From IMG/VR virus record IMGVR_UViG_3300044634_004095: a stretch of DNA of 64,000 nt; one strand, 5' to 3'. The position numbers and the translations under genes were made by a program. Below the pieces are notes generated by a model that saw only the letters and a list, made by a program, of their open reading frames with translations, ran no database searches and was not told the DNA's origin. Below are positions 10,092-19,625 of this stretch, one piece after another. How positions within the stretch are numbered: the first letter of the stretch is position 1; every line of letters starts with the position of its first letter. Source of the stretch: an uncultured virus (IMG/VR IMGVR_UViG_3300044634_004095). Taxonomy: Duplodnaviria > Heunggongvirae > Uroviricota > Caudoviricetes.

Positions 10092-10730
10092 ATGACAACT
10101 ATCATTGGCATTCAAGGAGATGGTTTTTGTCTTATTTCTGCAGACTCTCGTATATCAGAGGTAGAGGGGGACAAAGGTCTTGTATCTCAGTTCTTCAGTT
10201 TGAAAGAGTCAAACAGCAAATTGGCTCTGAACGGGCGCTACATAGTTGGGGCCGCAGGAGATTTGAGGGCGATAAACATCCTTCATCACGCATTCCAGCC
10301 TCCGGCAGCACCTCCGGCCATCAGAGGGAAGAAGCTCGATCACTTTGTTACGGTTAAATTTATCCCAGCTTTAAGGGAATGCTTCGAAGAGCAGGGCTAC
10401 GCCACCCCCGACAAAGACGAAAAGAAGCATATGGCAGAGCATGCATCTACTGTGATAATGGCCGTCAACGGAATCATATATGTAATCGATAGTGACTACT
10501 CCTGGATATCTGATACTAACGGCTTGTTTGCCATAGGAAGTGGTTCTCAGTTCGCTCTGGGGGCAATGCACGCATTAATGCCAAAGGGGAAGGTAACTCT
10601 AGCTACCGCCAGGAAAGTTGCATTGAAAGCAATAGCTACAGCAGCTAGGTTCGATCCTTACACTGGTGCTCCGTACCAAACTATCGTGCAAGAAGTCGAT
10701 AAACCAATAGTGCCCAAAAACAATAAATAA
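10092..10730 (+). CDS. Ntn-hydrolase peptidase (HslV/proteasome beta-like)
   Basis: MTTIIGI start, ADSR, GAAGD, GSGSQFALGAM, D.YTG motifs. Confidence 0.8.
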   Translation: MTTIIGIQGDGFCLISADSRISEVEGDKGLVSQFFSLKESNSKLALNGRYIVGAAGDLRAINILHHAFQPPAAPPAIRGKKLDHFVTVKFIPALRECFEEQGYATPDKDEKKHMAEHASTVIMAVNGIIYVIDSDYSWISDTNGLFAIGSGSQFALGAMHALMPKGKVTLATARKVALKAIATAARFDPYTGAPYQTIVQEVDKPIVPKNNK

Positions 10731-10983
10731 AAGACGTTTTTGACTATTTATGGTTTGTTTTTCACAGTTTTGCACCAAACCATAATTTGATTTGGTGTTT
10801 GCTGCCAAAAAACAGATCAATGACAACTTTTTTCAGCAGAAAATATTACAATATCCTGTTGATTTTAGGCATGATATACATGACCAAAAACTCTGTGTAC
10901 ATAATCTTTCTGCATCAATCGCCAAACGAAGCCAAGACAGAGGGTGCGCGCAGAACGTCATATCTCTGATAAATTTATCCAGT

Positions 10984-11676
10984 ATGGATCACTTAGTAAT
11001 AGACAACGCTTTATCCCAGACGATGTGTGAAGAAATACTCAACTCCTCAGGTTTCTTTCCTGTGAGCATGGGAGACGACGCCCGAATAGCGCAGGAAATA
11101 AACTCTTATCACTACGCCGACGACGAACAACAATGCACATTCGCCCCTTTTATGTTCTGGGACGGATGGGGTAAATCTCCAGCAGATACTCCAAAGAAGC
11201 GAGCAATCAAGGAGATATGGGAACATCGGCTCCCTTTCCCATTAGAAGAGCTCTGTGGAATTGAATACTGGACAAGAAGCTTCACTCCAGGCCAATGGCT
11301 GGCTCCTCATGTTGACGAGGACACTTTCCTATACGAACGCACGAAAAAATTTTCCGGCCCACTTATCGGTTCTGTCTACTACGGACCACAGCCAAGCGAG
11401 ATAGAAGAGGGCGAATTTGTTATTTACCCTATTGTTATCGAGGACGGCTCAGAGCACTCACTAGAAGAAAGCACCCTCGGCGTGCGCGTTTCTTCTGTTA
11501 CGGAAAAAGAGATCATCCAATATCAGCCAAATAGACTAGTGATAATGGACACCGGACATCAAGTTCACGGAACTGTTCCAGCGAAAAGGGGCATTCGCTA
11601 TGTAATGGTAACAAACGTATGGCATGTGACAAATCCCCCTACAGCCTTAGAACTAAATACCTTCTATTACGAATAG
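10984..11676 (+). CDS. 2OG-Fe(II) oxygenase superfamily protein
   Basis: HVD...NRLV...H...R...NVW pattern. Confidence 0.75.
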   Translation: MDHLVIDNALSQTMCEEILNSSGFFPVSMGDDARIAQEINSYHYADDEQQCTFAPFMFWDGWGKSPADTPKKRAIKEIWEHRLPFPLEELCGIEYWTRSFTPGQWLAPHVDEDTFLYERTKKFSGPLIGSVYYGPQPSEIEEGEFVIYPIVIEDGSEHSLEESTLGVRVSSVTEKEIIQYQPNRLVIMDTGHQVHGTVPAKRGIRYVMVTNVWHVTNPPTALELNTFYYE

Positions 11677-11770
11677 ATCCATATAAATACTAGACAGGCA
11701 CGTCCCTATGTTTATGTAGTAGTAATAAGAGAAGAACATATAAATAGTGTGCTTTTCTTAGGACGTGTTG

Positions 11771-12121
11771 ATGGAAAACAAAGATATAAACAGGGAACAA
11801 AAATTACCCAATAATAGTTCTCCACCTTTGTCTGGCCTTGCTATACCTAAAAAAGATTGGTTTGGTCGTGCTGCGTGCAAAGGAAAAACGGAACTAATGT
11901 TCCCCAAGAAACATAAGGACATAACATATATTGCTCAAGCACGAGCTATATGTAAAACATGCCCTGTTAGAGAACAATGCTTAGAGTACGCACTGGAGTT
12001 CCCAGCAGCAGATATGCATGGGGTATGGGCAGGACTGACTAGCAGGCAACTGGCAGCAGAACAGAGAAGGCGAAAGATTAAGCCGACTCGACCAACGCTC
12101 GCACAGATGTGGCAAAACTGA
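11771..12121 (+). CDS. whiB: WhiB family transcription factor
   Basis: W...AAC...ARAICKTCPVREQCLEYAL...GVWAG, four Cys. Confidence 0.92.
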   Translation: MENKDINREQKLPNNSSPPLSGLAIPKKDWFGRAACKGKTELMFPKKHKDITYIAQARAICKTCPVREQCLEYALEFPAADMHGVWAGLTSRQLAAEQRRRKIKPTRPTLAQMWQN

Positions 12122-12253
12122 CAAAGAAGGTCGAACATTAGGCAAAAGGCTATTTGCTATCAAGGCCACCCTATGAGGCACATTCTTTAAAAAACCGGAA
12201 ATGCTTGCGCCGATCCGGGTTTATCATTTTTTTCGCATTTTTGTTGTTGACAA

Positions 12254-12598
12254 TTACATAATACGCAAATTACAAGTCGTACAAAATTGCATATCATTTA
12301 ATTGGGTAATTATTTTTGCACAATTTTTATTACCACACGGTTCTAAGAGTGTTTCTCCGCGCACATATGCAAGAATTGTTTCTTCTATTGTGGGAATTGA
12401 GAACTGCGCAGGGCCTGGACTGGGGATATTCTTTTCATTTCTAATGAAATCCCACACTGCGTACAGAACAGCGTCATTGACAGCTATGTCTTTTTTGCGC
12501 GCATAGTCGATAATCTCGTTCTTTTGCCTACCCTTCATACGGATGTTGAGGGTTACATAGGAATCTAGATGTTTTGTCTTAGATGCTTTACGACCCAT
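12254..12598 (-). CDS. ribbon-helix-helix plus zinc-ribbon protein
   Basis: VTLNIRM...NEIIDYA; PCG..C...FCTTC. Confidence 0.55.
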   Translation of the reverse strand: MGRKASKTKHLDSYVTLNIRMKGRQKNEIIDYARKKDIAVNDAVLYAVWDFIRNEKNIPSPGPAQFSIPTIEETILAYVRGETLLEPCGNKNCAKIITQLNDMQFCTTCNLRIM

Positions 12599-12755
12599 CG
12601 CGCTCTACCAAGGCCTGTATGTAGGCGGTGAGCGTCAGGTCAACTGCTTCTGCTTGGAATATAAGCTTCTCTTTGAATTCCCTTGTTACGCGCAGCGTCA
12701 ATGTGACTACTGGCTTAGTGGGGACGACTACTGGTCTTCCTGGGTTCCGCTTCAT
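12588..12755 (-). CDS. 55-aa ribbon-helix-helix protein (not in ORF track)
   Basis: MKRNPGRPVVVPTKPVVTLTLRVTREFKEKLIFQAEAVDLTLTAYIQALVERDGS; TAATGT -10 just upstream. Confidence 0.6.
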   Translation of the reverse strand: MKRNPGRPVVVPTKPVVTLTLRVTREFKEKLIFQAEAVDLTLTAYIQALVERDGS

Positions 12756-12905
12756 GCATAGAACATTAGCCCAGTATCAGTGCGTTGACTGCAAGTGCTA
12801 TGGCAGATATTAGGCACATTATAATTACCAAAGGATATTTGCTAAACGAAATTACCCCTATGCAAGCACTAGACATTAATAGGCATATTATTTTTAGGGT
12901 ATTAT

Positions 12906-13388
12906 TCATGGGCAATCTTTGTTGTCTGGTATCTGGTAGTGAGTGGCACTGAGCTCTTGCACTACATGATCGTACACCCTGATGAACATATCTCTGTCTC
13001 CATTGGTATGCAGGCCATACGCGCCAGGTCCTAGGTTCTTTAGGGTGATGGATAGGGCCTCTGAGATCTTCAGCGTTGGAAACTGTCCGGAGTTGATCTC
13101 GTGGGATATGGTAAGTAATTTACCCCAAGCAACATAGGGGTCATCGAATTGGGTCATTCCAATACGGCTATTTATTGCGGAACGACGTACGTCTCCTGGT
13201 TTTGGCAAGAATACTGTTTTGACGGCTAGGTCGAGAATTGCGCGCTTAGCTTCTTGGTACTCGACGTCATGGAGTACGTCGTACCATGCTCTATATACGG
13301 CCTTCTCCCGTAACTCCTCTTGAGGGAGTGCCGCGTTGAATGTGGCGTATGCCTGGTCAACGATGTCGGCCAGCTCCAGCTTATTCAT
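12906..13388 (-). CDS. replicative helicase loader/inhibitor (SPP1 G39P-like)
   Basis: AWYDVLHDVEYQEAKRAI...FLPKPGDVR pattern; coupled to initiator-like gene. Confidence 0.65.
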   Translation of the reverse strand: MNKLELADIVDQAYATFNAALPQEELREKAVYRAWYDVLHDVEYQEAKRAILDLAVKTVFLPKPGDVRRSAINSRIGMTQFDDPYVAWGKLLTISHEINSGQFPTLKISEALSITLKNLGPGAYGLHTNGDRDMFIRVYDHVVQELSATHYQIPDNKDCP

Positions 13389-13752
13389 TTACCCAACTAT
13401 CCCTAGCTGACTTCTTTGTGTTGGCTTCGTTGTACTCGATAAACATCTCCACATGCTTGGAGTCCTGGAAGATAAGAGAGATGTCGTTGTAGAACTTCTT
13501 GCTGGGGTTCTTGCCCATGTGCCAATCGGAAGCTAGACACCCCTCTATGGCCTCTCTGCAGGCCTCTACGCCGTAATTGGCAATAGCCCACCCAATTCTG
13601 TTCTCGCGCTTTGCGTCCATGATGGGGCGCGTCTTATTCATGCGCAGTTTCCAGTATTCGAATATCTCTATTTTAATATCTGCCGTAACAGAAGAACTTG
13701 CGTCTAGCTGCTCCTTGGTGTGCGAGCTCACTGATCCCTTTTTTCTACCCAT
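13381..13752 (-). CDS. phage replication initiator C-terminal-like protein
   Basis: IFEYWK...EAIEGC..SDWHMGKN...DISLIF pattern; leaderless start. Confidence 0.55.
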   Translation of the reverse strand: MGRKKGSVSSHTKEQLDASSSVTADIKIEIFEYWKLRMNKTRPIMDAKRENRIGWAIANYGVEACREAIEGCLASDWHMGKNPSKKFYNDISLIFQDSKHVEMFIEYNEANTKKSARDSWVNE

Positions 13753-13758
13753 TGGAAC

Positions 13759-13788
13759 ACTTTACTGCAAGTCTTCCACCACCGTCAA
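13759..13788 (-). promoter_or_regulatory. SigA-type promoter built on box C, leaderless
   Basis: TTGACG-18-TAAAGT, ATG 6 nt downstream of the -10. Confidence 0.6.
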
Positions 13789-14141
13789 TAGTTAGCCGTG
13801 AGAAATGGGCAAAAAATAAAAAACGAAAATATTAAAATGTCACTTACGAGAACGATAATTAGTAATTGATAATAATAAAGTTATCGATTAACAACTTATA
13901 TTACGTAGAAAGATACGTAACTAGAAAGATCTAAATAACATAAAGTTTGAGGGGGGTCTGGGGGGAACTTTAAATTAATTCCCAGAATCCAGAACGTCGC
14001 AAACTAGACCAACGATTTTCTCGAGGTCTTCAATAAATTCTATTCCAACTTTTTGACGTCAATGCTGGTTGGTACTTTCGTACCTTTCCCGTTCACGGGC
14101 TATTGGTTTGAAAACATAGCAGAGTCTTCCACCACCGTCAA
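13770..14141. other. candidate replication origin: AT-rich non-coding segment between two 19-bp direct repeats
   Basis: AGTCTTCCACCACCGTCAA at 13770-13788 and 14123-14141; AT-rich core with TAGAAAGAT x2; adjacent to initiator/loader genes. Confidence 0.35.
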
Positions 14142-14249
14142 ACAGTTCCATGAAATTTTTTTCGGCCGGTGGGGGTGGGGTTGTTTGCTGTCCATGTGGA
14201 AGACGTGAATTTAATCTTGCGCGCAGCTAAAATCGTGTGGTAAAGTAGC

Positions 14250-14345
14250 GGGGCTCACTTAGTAATTTCCCCTTTCATTACTAAGTGAGCAGGCTCCAGG
14301 GTTGAGCTCTTCGCAATTAAACTTGCGCTGAGCTCCCTTGGGGCC
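14250..14345 (+). ncRNA. putative two-hairpin sRNA with anti-SD loop
   Basis: Promoter TTGCGC-18-TAAAGT (14217-14246); perfect 14-bp stem 14253-14290 with loop TTCCCCTTTC; second long stem 14292-14345. Confidence 0.5.
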
Positions 14346-14346
14346 A

Positions 14347-14715
14347 TTACTTCCAGAACTTCAAGTAGATTTCGTCTACTTCGCTGGCCTTGTTCCTCTT
14401 GTTTTTCTTGTCTGTCTTTTTTGCCCGGTCTTCCAGGTAGCCGGACAGATGGCTGTATTCGAGATTTACATTTTTGGCCGGATGGCTATCGATCGATTTT
14501 TGCTGATTTTTTAAATTTTCTTGATTCAATAAATCACTTAGATCTTTGTCCATCCCAGAGGGGTCCTCCATGTATGACCAGGATTCGATAACTTCTTTTT
14601 TGAATTCAGCTTTGTCTTTAGCGGCTGCGTAGCGCGACTTAATTGAATAAAACAATCTTTCACTGCAGATGCCAAGCGCGACGCCGACTACTGAAAAAAG
14701 TATAAGCTCTGCCAC
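14347..14715 (-). CDS. hypothetical membrane-anchored protein
   Basis: N-terminal TM, operon-like spacing. Confidence 0.55.
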   Translation of the reverse strand: MAELILFSVVGVALGICSERLFYSIKSRYAAAKDKAEFKKEVIESWSYMEDPSGMDKDLSDLLNQENLKNQQKSIDSHPAKNVNLEYSHLSGYLEDRAKKTDKKNKRNKASEVDEIYLKFWK

Positions 14716-14717
14716 TT

Positions 14718-15011
14718 TTACTTCCCTTTCTTCTCGCCTGTGATCATTGATGTCGCGCGGGAGCCAATAACGTTTGCTAATGATGCAGTTAAAAGAACAA
14801 AAGCTGTTCCTTTAATCGAATCCCAATATTCAATATCGAACGATCGCATACGTCCGGTAAACTGGTTTTCTGAATAAAGAGCAAAAATATCAACTGCAGC
14901 CCAGAATATGGATCCGAACAAAAATGACATAACCGCCAATAGGGCAGCGGCCTTGGTGGATATTTTGATTAATCCTAAAGCTCCAGCTTCTGATAAGTCT
15001 AATTTTTTCAT
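14718..15011 (-). CDS. hypothetical membrane protein
   Basis: Two TM segments. Confidence 0.55.
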   Translation of the reverse strand: MKKLDLSEAGALGLIKISTKAAALLAVMSFLFGSIFWAAVDIFALYSENQFTGRMRSFDIEYWDSIKGTAFVLLTASLANVIGSRATSMITGEKKGK

Positions 15012-15721
15012 TATTTGATTCCTTTTCTAAAGTCCGAACTAAGTTTAAGCATGAACCAGTCTCGTTCCCACATCATGCCTATTGCACAGTATCCTATAAT
15101 GTCCATGTAAGTATCAGCGATCGGTTCATTTCTGGCCTCGCCGGAAGAGTTAATCGAGAGATTCTTCAAGCGCGCTATTTTGTCATGAACCCTGACTAGT
15201 AGACCCTGTCTTCCGAATCGAGCAATGTTGTCGTGCCCATAGTCGTGCTGTTTTTCGGCGAGAGTCTGGGCAATTGATGCGCAGGACATGAAGACGCCTA
15301 CGGCATGATCGGTTGAATTTTTTGTTTTTTTGTTGCCTGCAGCGGGAGCTTCTGGTTCCGCCGGAGGAAGTGAGTTAAAAATTCCACGATTTATACCAGC
15401 CGCAGCAGCAATCGATCCTAAAATTTTCCATTCTTCAACCCAATAAGCGTTATCTGAATCGAACCAGTTAAAAGAATTAATCATTCCTTCGAATTGATTA
15501 TCGATCAATTTAATACATTCTGTAATTATGTTTAAACTATCTGGAGCTGCCTGGCCAGAGAATGGAACTGGAAACAGATTTTTACTGTTTTTTTCAAATT
15601 GATCCAGGTGCCCGGCAATTTGGTTGCATTTTCCGAATATTTCCCACACGCACGCGTTAGCTGCATCTTCCCAGAATAAATGAGTGCCTGGATCTTGGTC
15701 TTCTACCACCGTCAATGACAT
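15011..15721 (-). CDS. DUF1599/nucleotide-modification-associated (MazG-like) domain protein
   Basis: EKQHDYG...RVHDKIARLKNL...EPIADTYMDIIGY. Confidence 0.7.
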   Translation of the reverse strand: MSLTVVEDQDPGTHLFWEDAANACVWEIFGKCNQIAGHLDQFEKNSKNLFPVPFSGQAAPDSLNIITECIKLIDNQFEGMINSFNWFDSDNAYWVEEWKILGSIAAAAGINRGIFNSLPPAEPEAPAAGNKKTKNSTDHAVGVFMSCASIAQTLAEKQHDYGHDNIARFGRQGLLVRVHDKIARLKNLSINSSGEARNEPIADTYMDIIGYCAIGMMWERDWFMLKLSSDFRKGIK

Positions 15722-16195
15722 CTATAGGTCTCCATCTAATAGTTTTTCCCACGTCTCTGGTGGGTTCACCCTTATCTCAAATCTAACCAGATCTGCTAGC
15801 TCGTCAAGCATTTTGATCCACCTATCTTCTGCCGGGTCGTCGCTGTCGTCGCTGTCGAGCTTGTCCAGCATTGCCATGATCTTGTCTTTTGAAAAACATG
15901 CAATTATTGATTTATCATTAGCTCCTCTGGCCAGGACCGGGCCGTCTGAGCCCAGAGCTTCGAAAGGCACGTGGATGGCCGTAACAACAATGTCATCTTC
16001 CGTGAAGATAAATACGGTATTTTGAGCAGGGCCGGAGCTGTCTAGCATTTCTTGAGCAACCAGTGCTGCGATATCTTCGTTTATCTTGGCCCCAAGTAAA
16101 GATTCTTTTAGATTTTTAAATATTTTATCTTTGTTTTGATTTTCGTCATCGAAGCCTAGCTCTATCCATTTTTTCTTAGAATCCCAGTTGATCAT
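15722..16195 (-). CDS. hypothetical protein
   Basis: AGGAG SD before ATG 16195. Confidence 0.55.
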   Translation of the reverse strand: MINWDSKKKWIELGFDDENQNKDKIFKNLKESLLGAKINEDIAALVAQEMLDSSGPAQNTVFIFTEDDIVVTAIHVPFEALGSDGPVLARGANDKSIIACFSKDKIMAMLDKLDSDDSDDPAEDRWIKMLDELADLVRFEIRVNPPETWEKLLDGDL

Positions 16196-16526
16196 TGTCG
16201 ATCTCCTTTTCGTTGGCGGTAATGGTTTTTTGTTCAATTTCTACTGCAGCGTCGTAGATGACCTCCCAGTAGATGTCCCACAATCTTGGGTCTTCCATGC
16301 AATAGGAGGAGATTAGGTGGAGGATGTCTTCTGAACATGTCTGGATAAATTTACGAGAATTAGTAGAATTAACAGCGTCGAGCTCTTCGAGTGTTGTGGA
16401 CTCATGAGATTCTCTAAGAATAGAAATAGGGTCAAAAGGCAAAGAATACATAATTAAATTTATGCGCGCCTGTGACTTCGGGTCGATGTAGTCGCCCAGC
16501 ATCCATGGTTCTTCGTTGATGTCCAT
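16176..16526 (-). CDS. hypothetical protein
   Basis: GAAAGG SD before ATG 16526. Confidence 0.55.
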   Translation of the reverse strand: MDINEEPWMLGDYIDPKSQARINLIMYSLPFDPISILRESHESTTLEELDAVNSTNSRKFIQTCSEDILHLISSYCMEDPRLWDIYWEVIYDAAVEIEQKTITANEKEIDNDQLGF

Positions 16527-16528
16527 GA

Positions 16529-16693
16529 TTACCTTTCGTATTTTTTTGTTTCGTAACAATCGAGACAGAGGGGATCGCTCCAACGTTGGTCCCCATAGAT
16601 ATCTGCCTTATCGAAGCTGGCTTCACATTCGAAGCAGATAATGGTTCCATCATCTTCTGGCGTCCATGATTCTATCGGTAGCTGTTTGATCAT
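16529..16693 (-). CDS. small zinc-finger protein
   Basis: CFEC...CLDC; AGGAG SD. Confidence 0.55.
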   Translation of the reverse strand: MIKQLPIESWTPEDDGTIICFECEASFDKADIYGDQRWSDPLCLDCYETKKYER

Positions 16694-16718
16694 GTTTCTC
16701 CTTTGATCTGGTCTACAC

Positions 16719-16747
16719 ACTCTATCCACCACCGTTGATTATGTCAA
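16719..16747 (-). promoter_or_regulatory. SigA-type promoter
   Basis: TTGACA-17-TAGAGT with a box C variant in the spacer. Confidence 0.7.
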
Positions 16748-16848
16748 CTGCATTTAAAATTATTCTATGTAAAAGATAATGTAATTTTTTCAAAATATGA
16801 ACCAGACATACAAGCGCGACGAACATATGTTCGATTAACATTTACAGC

Positions 16849-17241
16849 ATGGACAACAACACAAAATTTAATACTTATCTAGGGGCACTTGGCGAATACA
16901 TTTCGCGAGAAGGAAATTCAAAAGTTCCAGCAATTCATATTGAAAAATATAAAGAAAATGAAATATCTCTTGGTGCATGGGTTGGATATATTCGACAGAG
17001 ATATCGTAAAAATCTTCTTCCTCTGGATCGAGTAAAAAAAATGGAAGAAATTAATCATTGGCAGTGGGGCCCTTTCCAGCCAGGACCAGCTACAGACGAT
17101 GAAAGAAATATTCAGATTTATTCAATGAGATCTAGCGGAGCTTCACTTCGAGAGATCGCAGATGAGTTTGATCTTTCGCGTCAGCGTGTTCATCAGATAA
17201 TCAAACGTTCTCAAGCAGGCTCTTCCACCACCGTCAATTAG
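16849..17241 (+). CDS. helicase-associated (HA) domain plus sigma70 region 4-like HTH protein
   Basis: REGNSKVP...LGAWVGYIRQRYRKNLL..DRVKKME...W (HA); SLREIADEFDLSRQRVHQII (HTH). Confidence 0.75.
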   Translation: MDNNTKFNTYLGALGEYISREGNSKVPAIHIEKYKENEISLGAWVGYIRQRYRKNLLPLDRVKKMEEINHWQWGPFQPGPATDDERNIQIYSMRSSGASLREIADEFDLSRQRVHQIIKRSQAGSSTTVN

Positions 17242-17293
17242 TTCCCACGAGAAACAGTTTGTTGTTATTGAATTAATAAGGCAGGGCGACGCG

Positions 17294-17608
17294 ATGGTAA
17301 CAAGTAGAAAATTTCCGAACGAATGGTCATCAAAAGACAACTTCGGCAGCTCCAGGAAAGAGCCCCGGGCTGTTAAACCCAGCGGGGCTCCAAACAGCAT
17401 GGCGGCAGGAATCATCGGGTTCGTTCTACTTGTGGTTGTTGTGAGCTTGCTCGGCTCGGCTCTTGCGCGTGTACTCCACACGGCAGGCGTAGTCCAGTGG
17501 CAGTTGTCGGTGCTGGAAGTCTTTGCCATATCTTCTATTTCTGTGACGCTTCGCGCTATTGATAGAGCAGTTTTCGGAGCGATAGATCGGTTCGGTGGCA
17601 ACAAGTAG
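17294..17608 (+). CDS. hypothetical membrane protein
   Basis: Two hydrophobic segments. Confidence 0.5.
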   Translation: MVTSRKFPNEWSSKDNFGSSRKEPRAVKPSGAPNSMAAGIIGFVLLVVVVSLLGSALARVLHTAGVVQWQLSVLEVFAISSISVTLRAIDRAVFGAIDRFGGNK

Positions 17609-17670
17609 CGCACGAGCAACCAGCGCAACAAAAAATGCAAAACTGGCGAGAAGCAAGAATGTCAGTAAGT

Positions 17671-17898
17671 TCATTGCATTACCTTTTCATTAAGAGCGAT
17701 TATCTGCTTTAACACTTCACGAATATCGGGAATCTCGTAACTGTTGAGAGTGTCTAGATCTCTCTGTGCCTGTGCTGGCGTGTATGAGTCGTTAATTAGA
17801 TCATCGCATACGCTTTTGGCGAAGTGAGTCATAGAGAGACAAACGAGAAATAATTTGTCAGCAAGTTCAGTACCAAGTGTTATTTCATTGCTGGGCAT
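17671..17898 (-). CDS. hypothetical protein
   Basis: GAAAGG SD, 75 aa. Confidence 0.55.
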   Translation of the reverse strand: MPSNEITLGTELADKLFLVCLSMTHFAKSVCDDLINDSYTPAQAQRDLDTLNSYEIPDIREVLKQIIALNEKVMQ

Positions 17899-18089
17899 AG
17901 TGAGCCTTTCTAGTAATTTACATTATCCTGAGTATTGTTTTTAAGCAAAAGATTCACCTATTACATTATCCTTGAGTAAACGATTCTGCTACCTGTAGAG
18001 CAAAACTTTATTTATGAACACTAACAGTGTTAGGGGAAGTCACATTACTAAAGGATAATGTAACTCCCCCTACCAACTGCTGGAGAGGT

Positions 18090-19625
18090 TTACGGCATAG
18101 GTAAATTACCCATGTGCGCTTTCCATGTTTGCTTAAACTGATAAGGATAAACAGTTTGGGCTTTGCCACCATTCGCCAACTTTGACAACTGGATTAACGC
18201 TTCCTCAATGTGAGGCACGATAATATAGTTATGCTTATTGGCGTATGTTAGACACTGCATGGAAAGTAGTTCATGGAAGCCATCGTTTTTTCCGCAAACT
18301 CCACCATCCGTGATCCACACCAACGGAGAAGTTTTGTGTTTTTGATTTTCTACTCCCCAAACTATTGCTGGGTAGTCAACTCCATTGCCATAGCCATAGT
18401 CAATGCCTGATAGTGATTCCACCATTTTGCCTTTGTCAGCAACAACCCATAAGTTAGAACCCTTGTCATTGTTCCTGTCGCTGTAAATAGCAACAGTACA
18501 GCCAGGTGCGTAACTGATAATTTTTTCTATCTGTTCTTCAGTGAATGACATGGAGCCACTTCCATCAATGATTACCATGCCACCGCTGCCCTTTATCTTT
18601 TTGTCAAAAACCCTCATTGCTGGGTCTGTGAGTAGTCGGTGCATACGACGGGGGCGACGACCCATATTTGTAGCAATGCGCTTTTTACCGATAGTGCCTT
18701 TCAGCATTTTTGGTAATGGCACACGCTCTACTCGTAACTCTGCCCACGATGGGACTCCACCAGCACTAACTGGAGAAATGTTACCGAGAGGGTTTCCGTC
18801 TTTCTTGGCTTCCGTGTAGTCACCCTTATTCCCAATGCCTGACTTCTTCTCTACATCATCCTTTGGTAACGAGCCACTGCTAGGAACACCCTTTGGGGCT
18901 GGTGGTGGTGGGGGTGGTGGTGGGAAAGAAGCAATCCTGTCAACCCATTCCGCAATTCGTTCGGTCTGAGCAAAACCAACAGGCTCTAATCCACCATGTT
19001 CACGAGTATCGCCAAGACTCGTGTATTTGCTGGATTTTTTCATTTCCTTTAATGCTTTCTTGCTTATCGCCAGTAGAGAATCTCCCCAATGACGATTATG
19101 CCTGCGAACACCATTAAGGAAAGGCTTTAGCCCATTCGTGTTAGTCGCTGCGATAGTCATGGCAACTGCTCCTGCCCAATCTCCCGTCTTGGAAAGACGT
19201 TCTCCTGTTGCTAGTTCAGAGCCATTGATTAGTGATTCCTTGACTGGAATGCCGACAGATTCACATAGGAAGTTCACACGAAGTTCCTCAACAACTCTCA
19301 TGGCCTGCTCTGAAGCAATGCCACGAGAAATGAAGTTACTAAACTGCTCAGGGGTCGGTGAGATTTTGCTGTGCATTAGTTCGTGAGCCCGAACAGCACG
19401 ACTGTAGTCGTCATCAGCAAATGGAGCGTACATAACTCTGTTGCCAATATCTGTTCTTGGTTCTCCCGAAATAGCACGACAATCCTCAACTTGCCAAACT
19501 TCGTGAGCAATATCTTTTCTGCCAATTATCGTAGGTTCGGCTTTCGCCGTTCCCACACTCACGGAATCGCTGGAGTGTGGGAACGGTTTGCCACCGCTAC
19601 TTTTTGTTGAGTTAAGGGTTGTCAT
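18090..19625 (-). CDS. VWA-domain protein with N-terminal HExxH metallopeptidase-like region (CobT/MoxR partner)
   Basis: AHELMH; IIDGSGSM (MIDAS DxSxS); WITDG; poly-Pro linker. Confidence 0.8.
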   Translation of the reverse strand: MTTLNSTKSSGGKPFPHSSDSVSVGTAKAEPTIIGRKDIAHEVWQVEDCRAISGEPRTDIGNRVMYAPFADDDYSRAVRAHELMHSKISPTPEQFSNFISRGIASEQAMRVVEELRVNFLCESVGIPVKESLINGSELATGERLSKTGDWAGAVAMTIAATNTNGLKPFLNGVRRHNRHWGDSLLAISKKALKEMKKSSKYTSLGDTREHGGLEPVGFAQTERIAEWVDRIASFPPPPPPPPAPKGVPSSGSLPKDDVEKKSGIGNKGDYTEAKKDGNPLGNISPVSAGGVPSWAELRVERVPLPKMLKGTIGKKRIATNMGRRPRRMHRLLTDPAMRVFDKKIKGSGGMVIIDGSGSMSFTEEQIEKIISYAPGCTVAIYSDRNNDKGSNLWVVADKGKMVESLSGIDYGYGNGVDYPAIVWGVENQKHKTSPLVWITDGGVCGKNDGFHELLSMQCLTYANKHNYIIVPHIEEALIQLSKLANGGKAQTVYPYQFKQTWKAHMGNLPMP

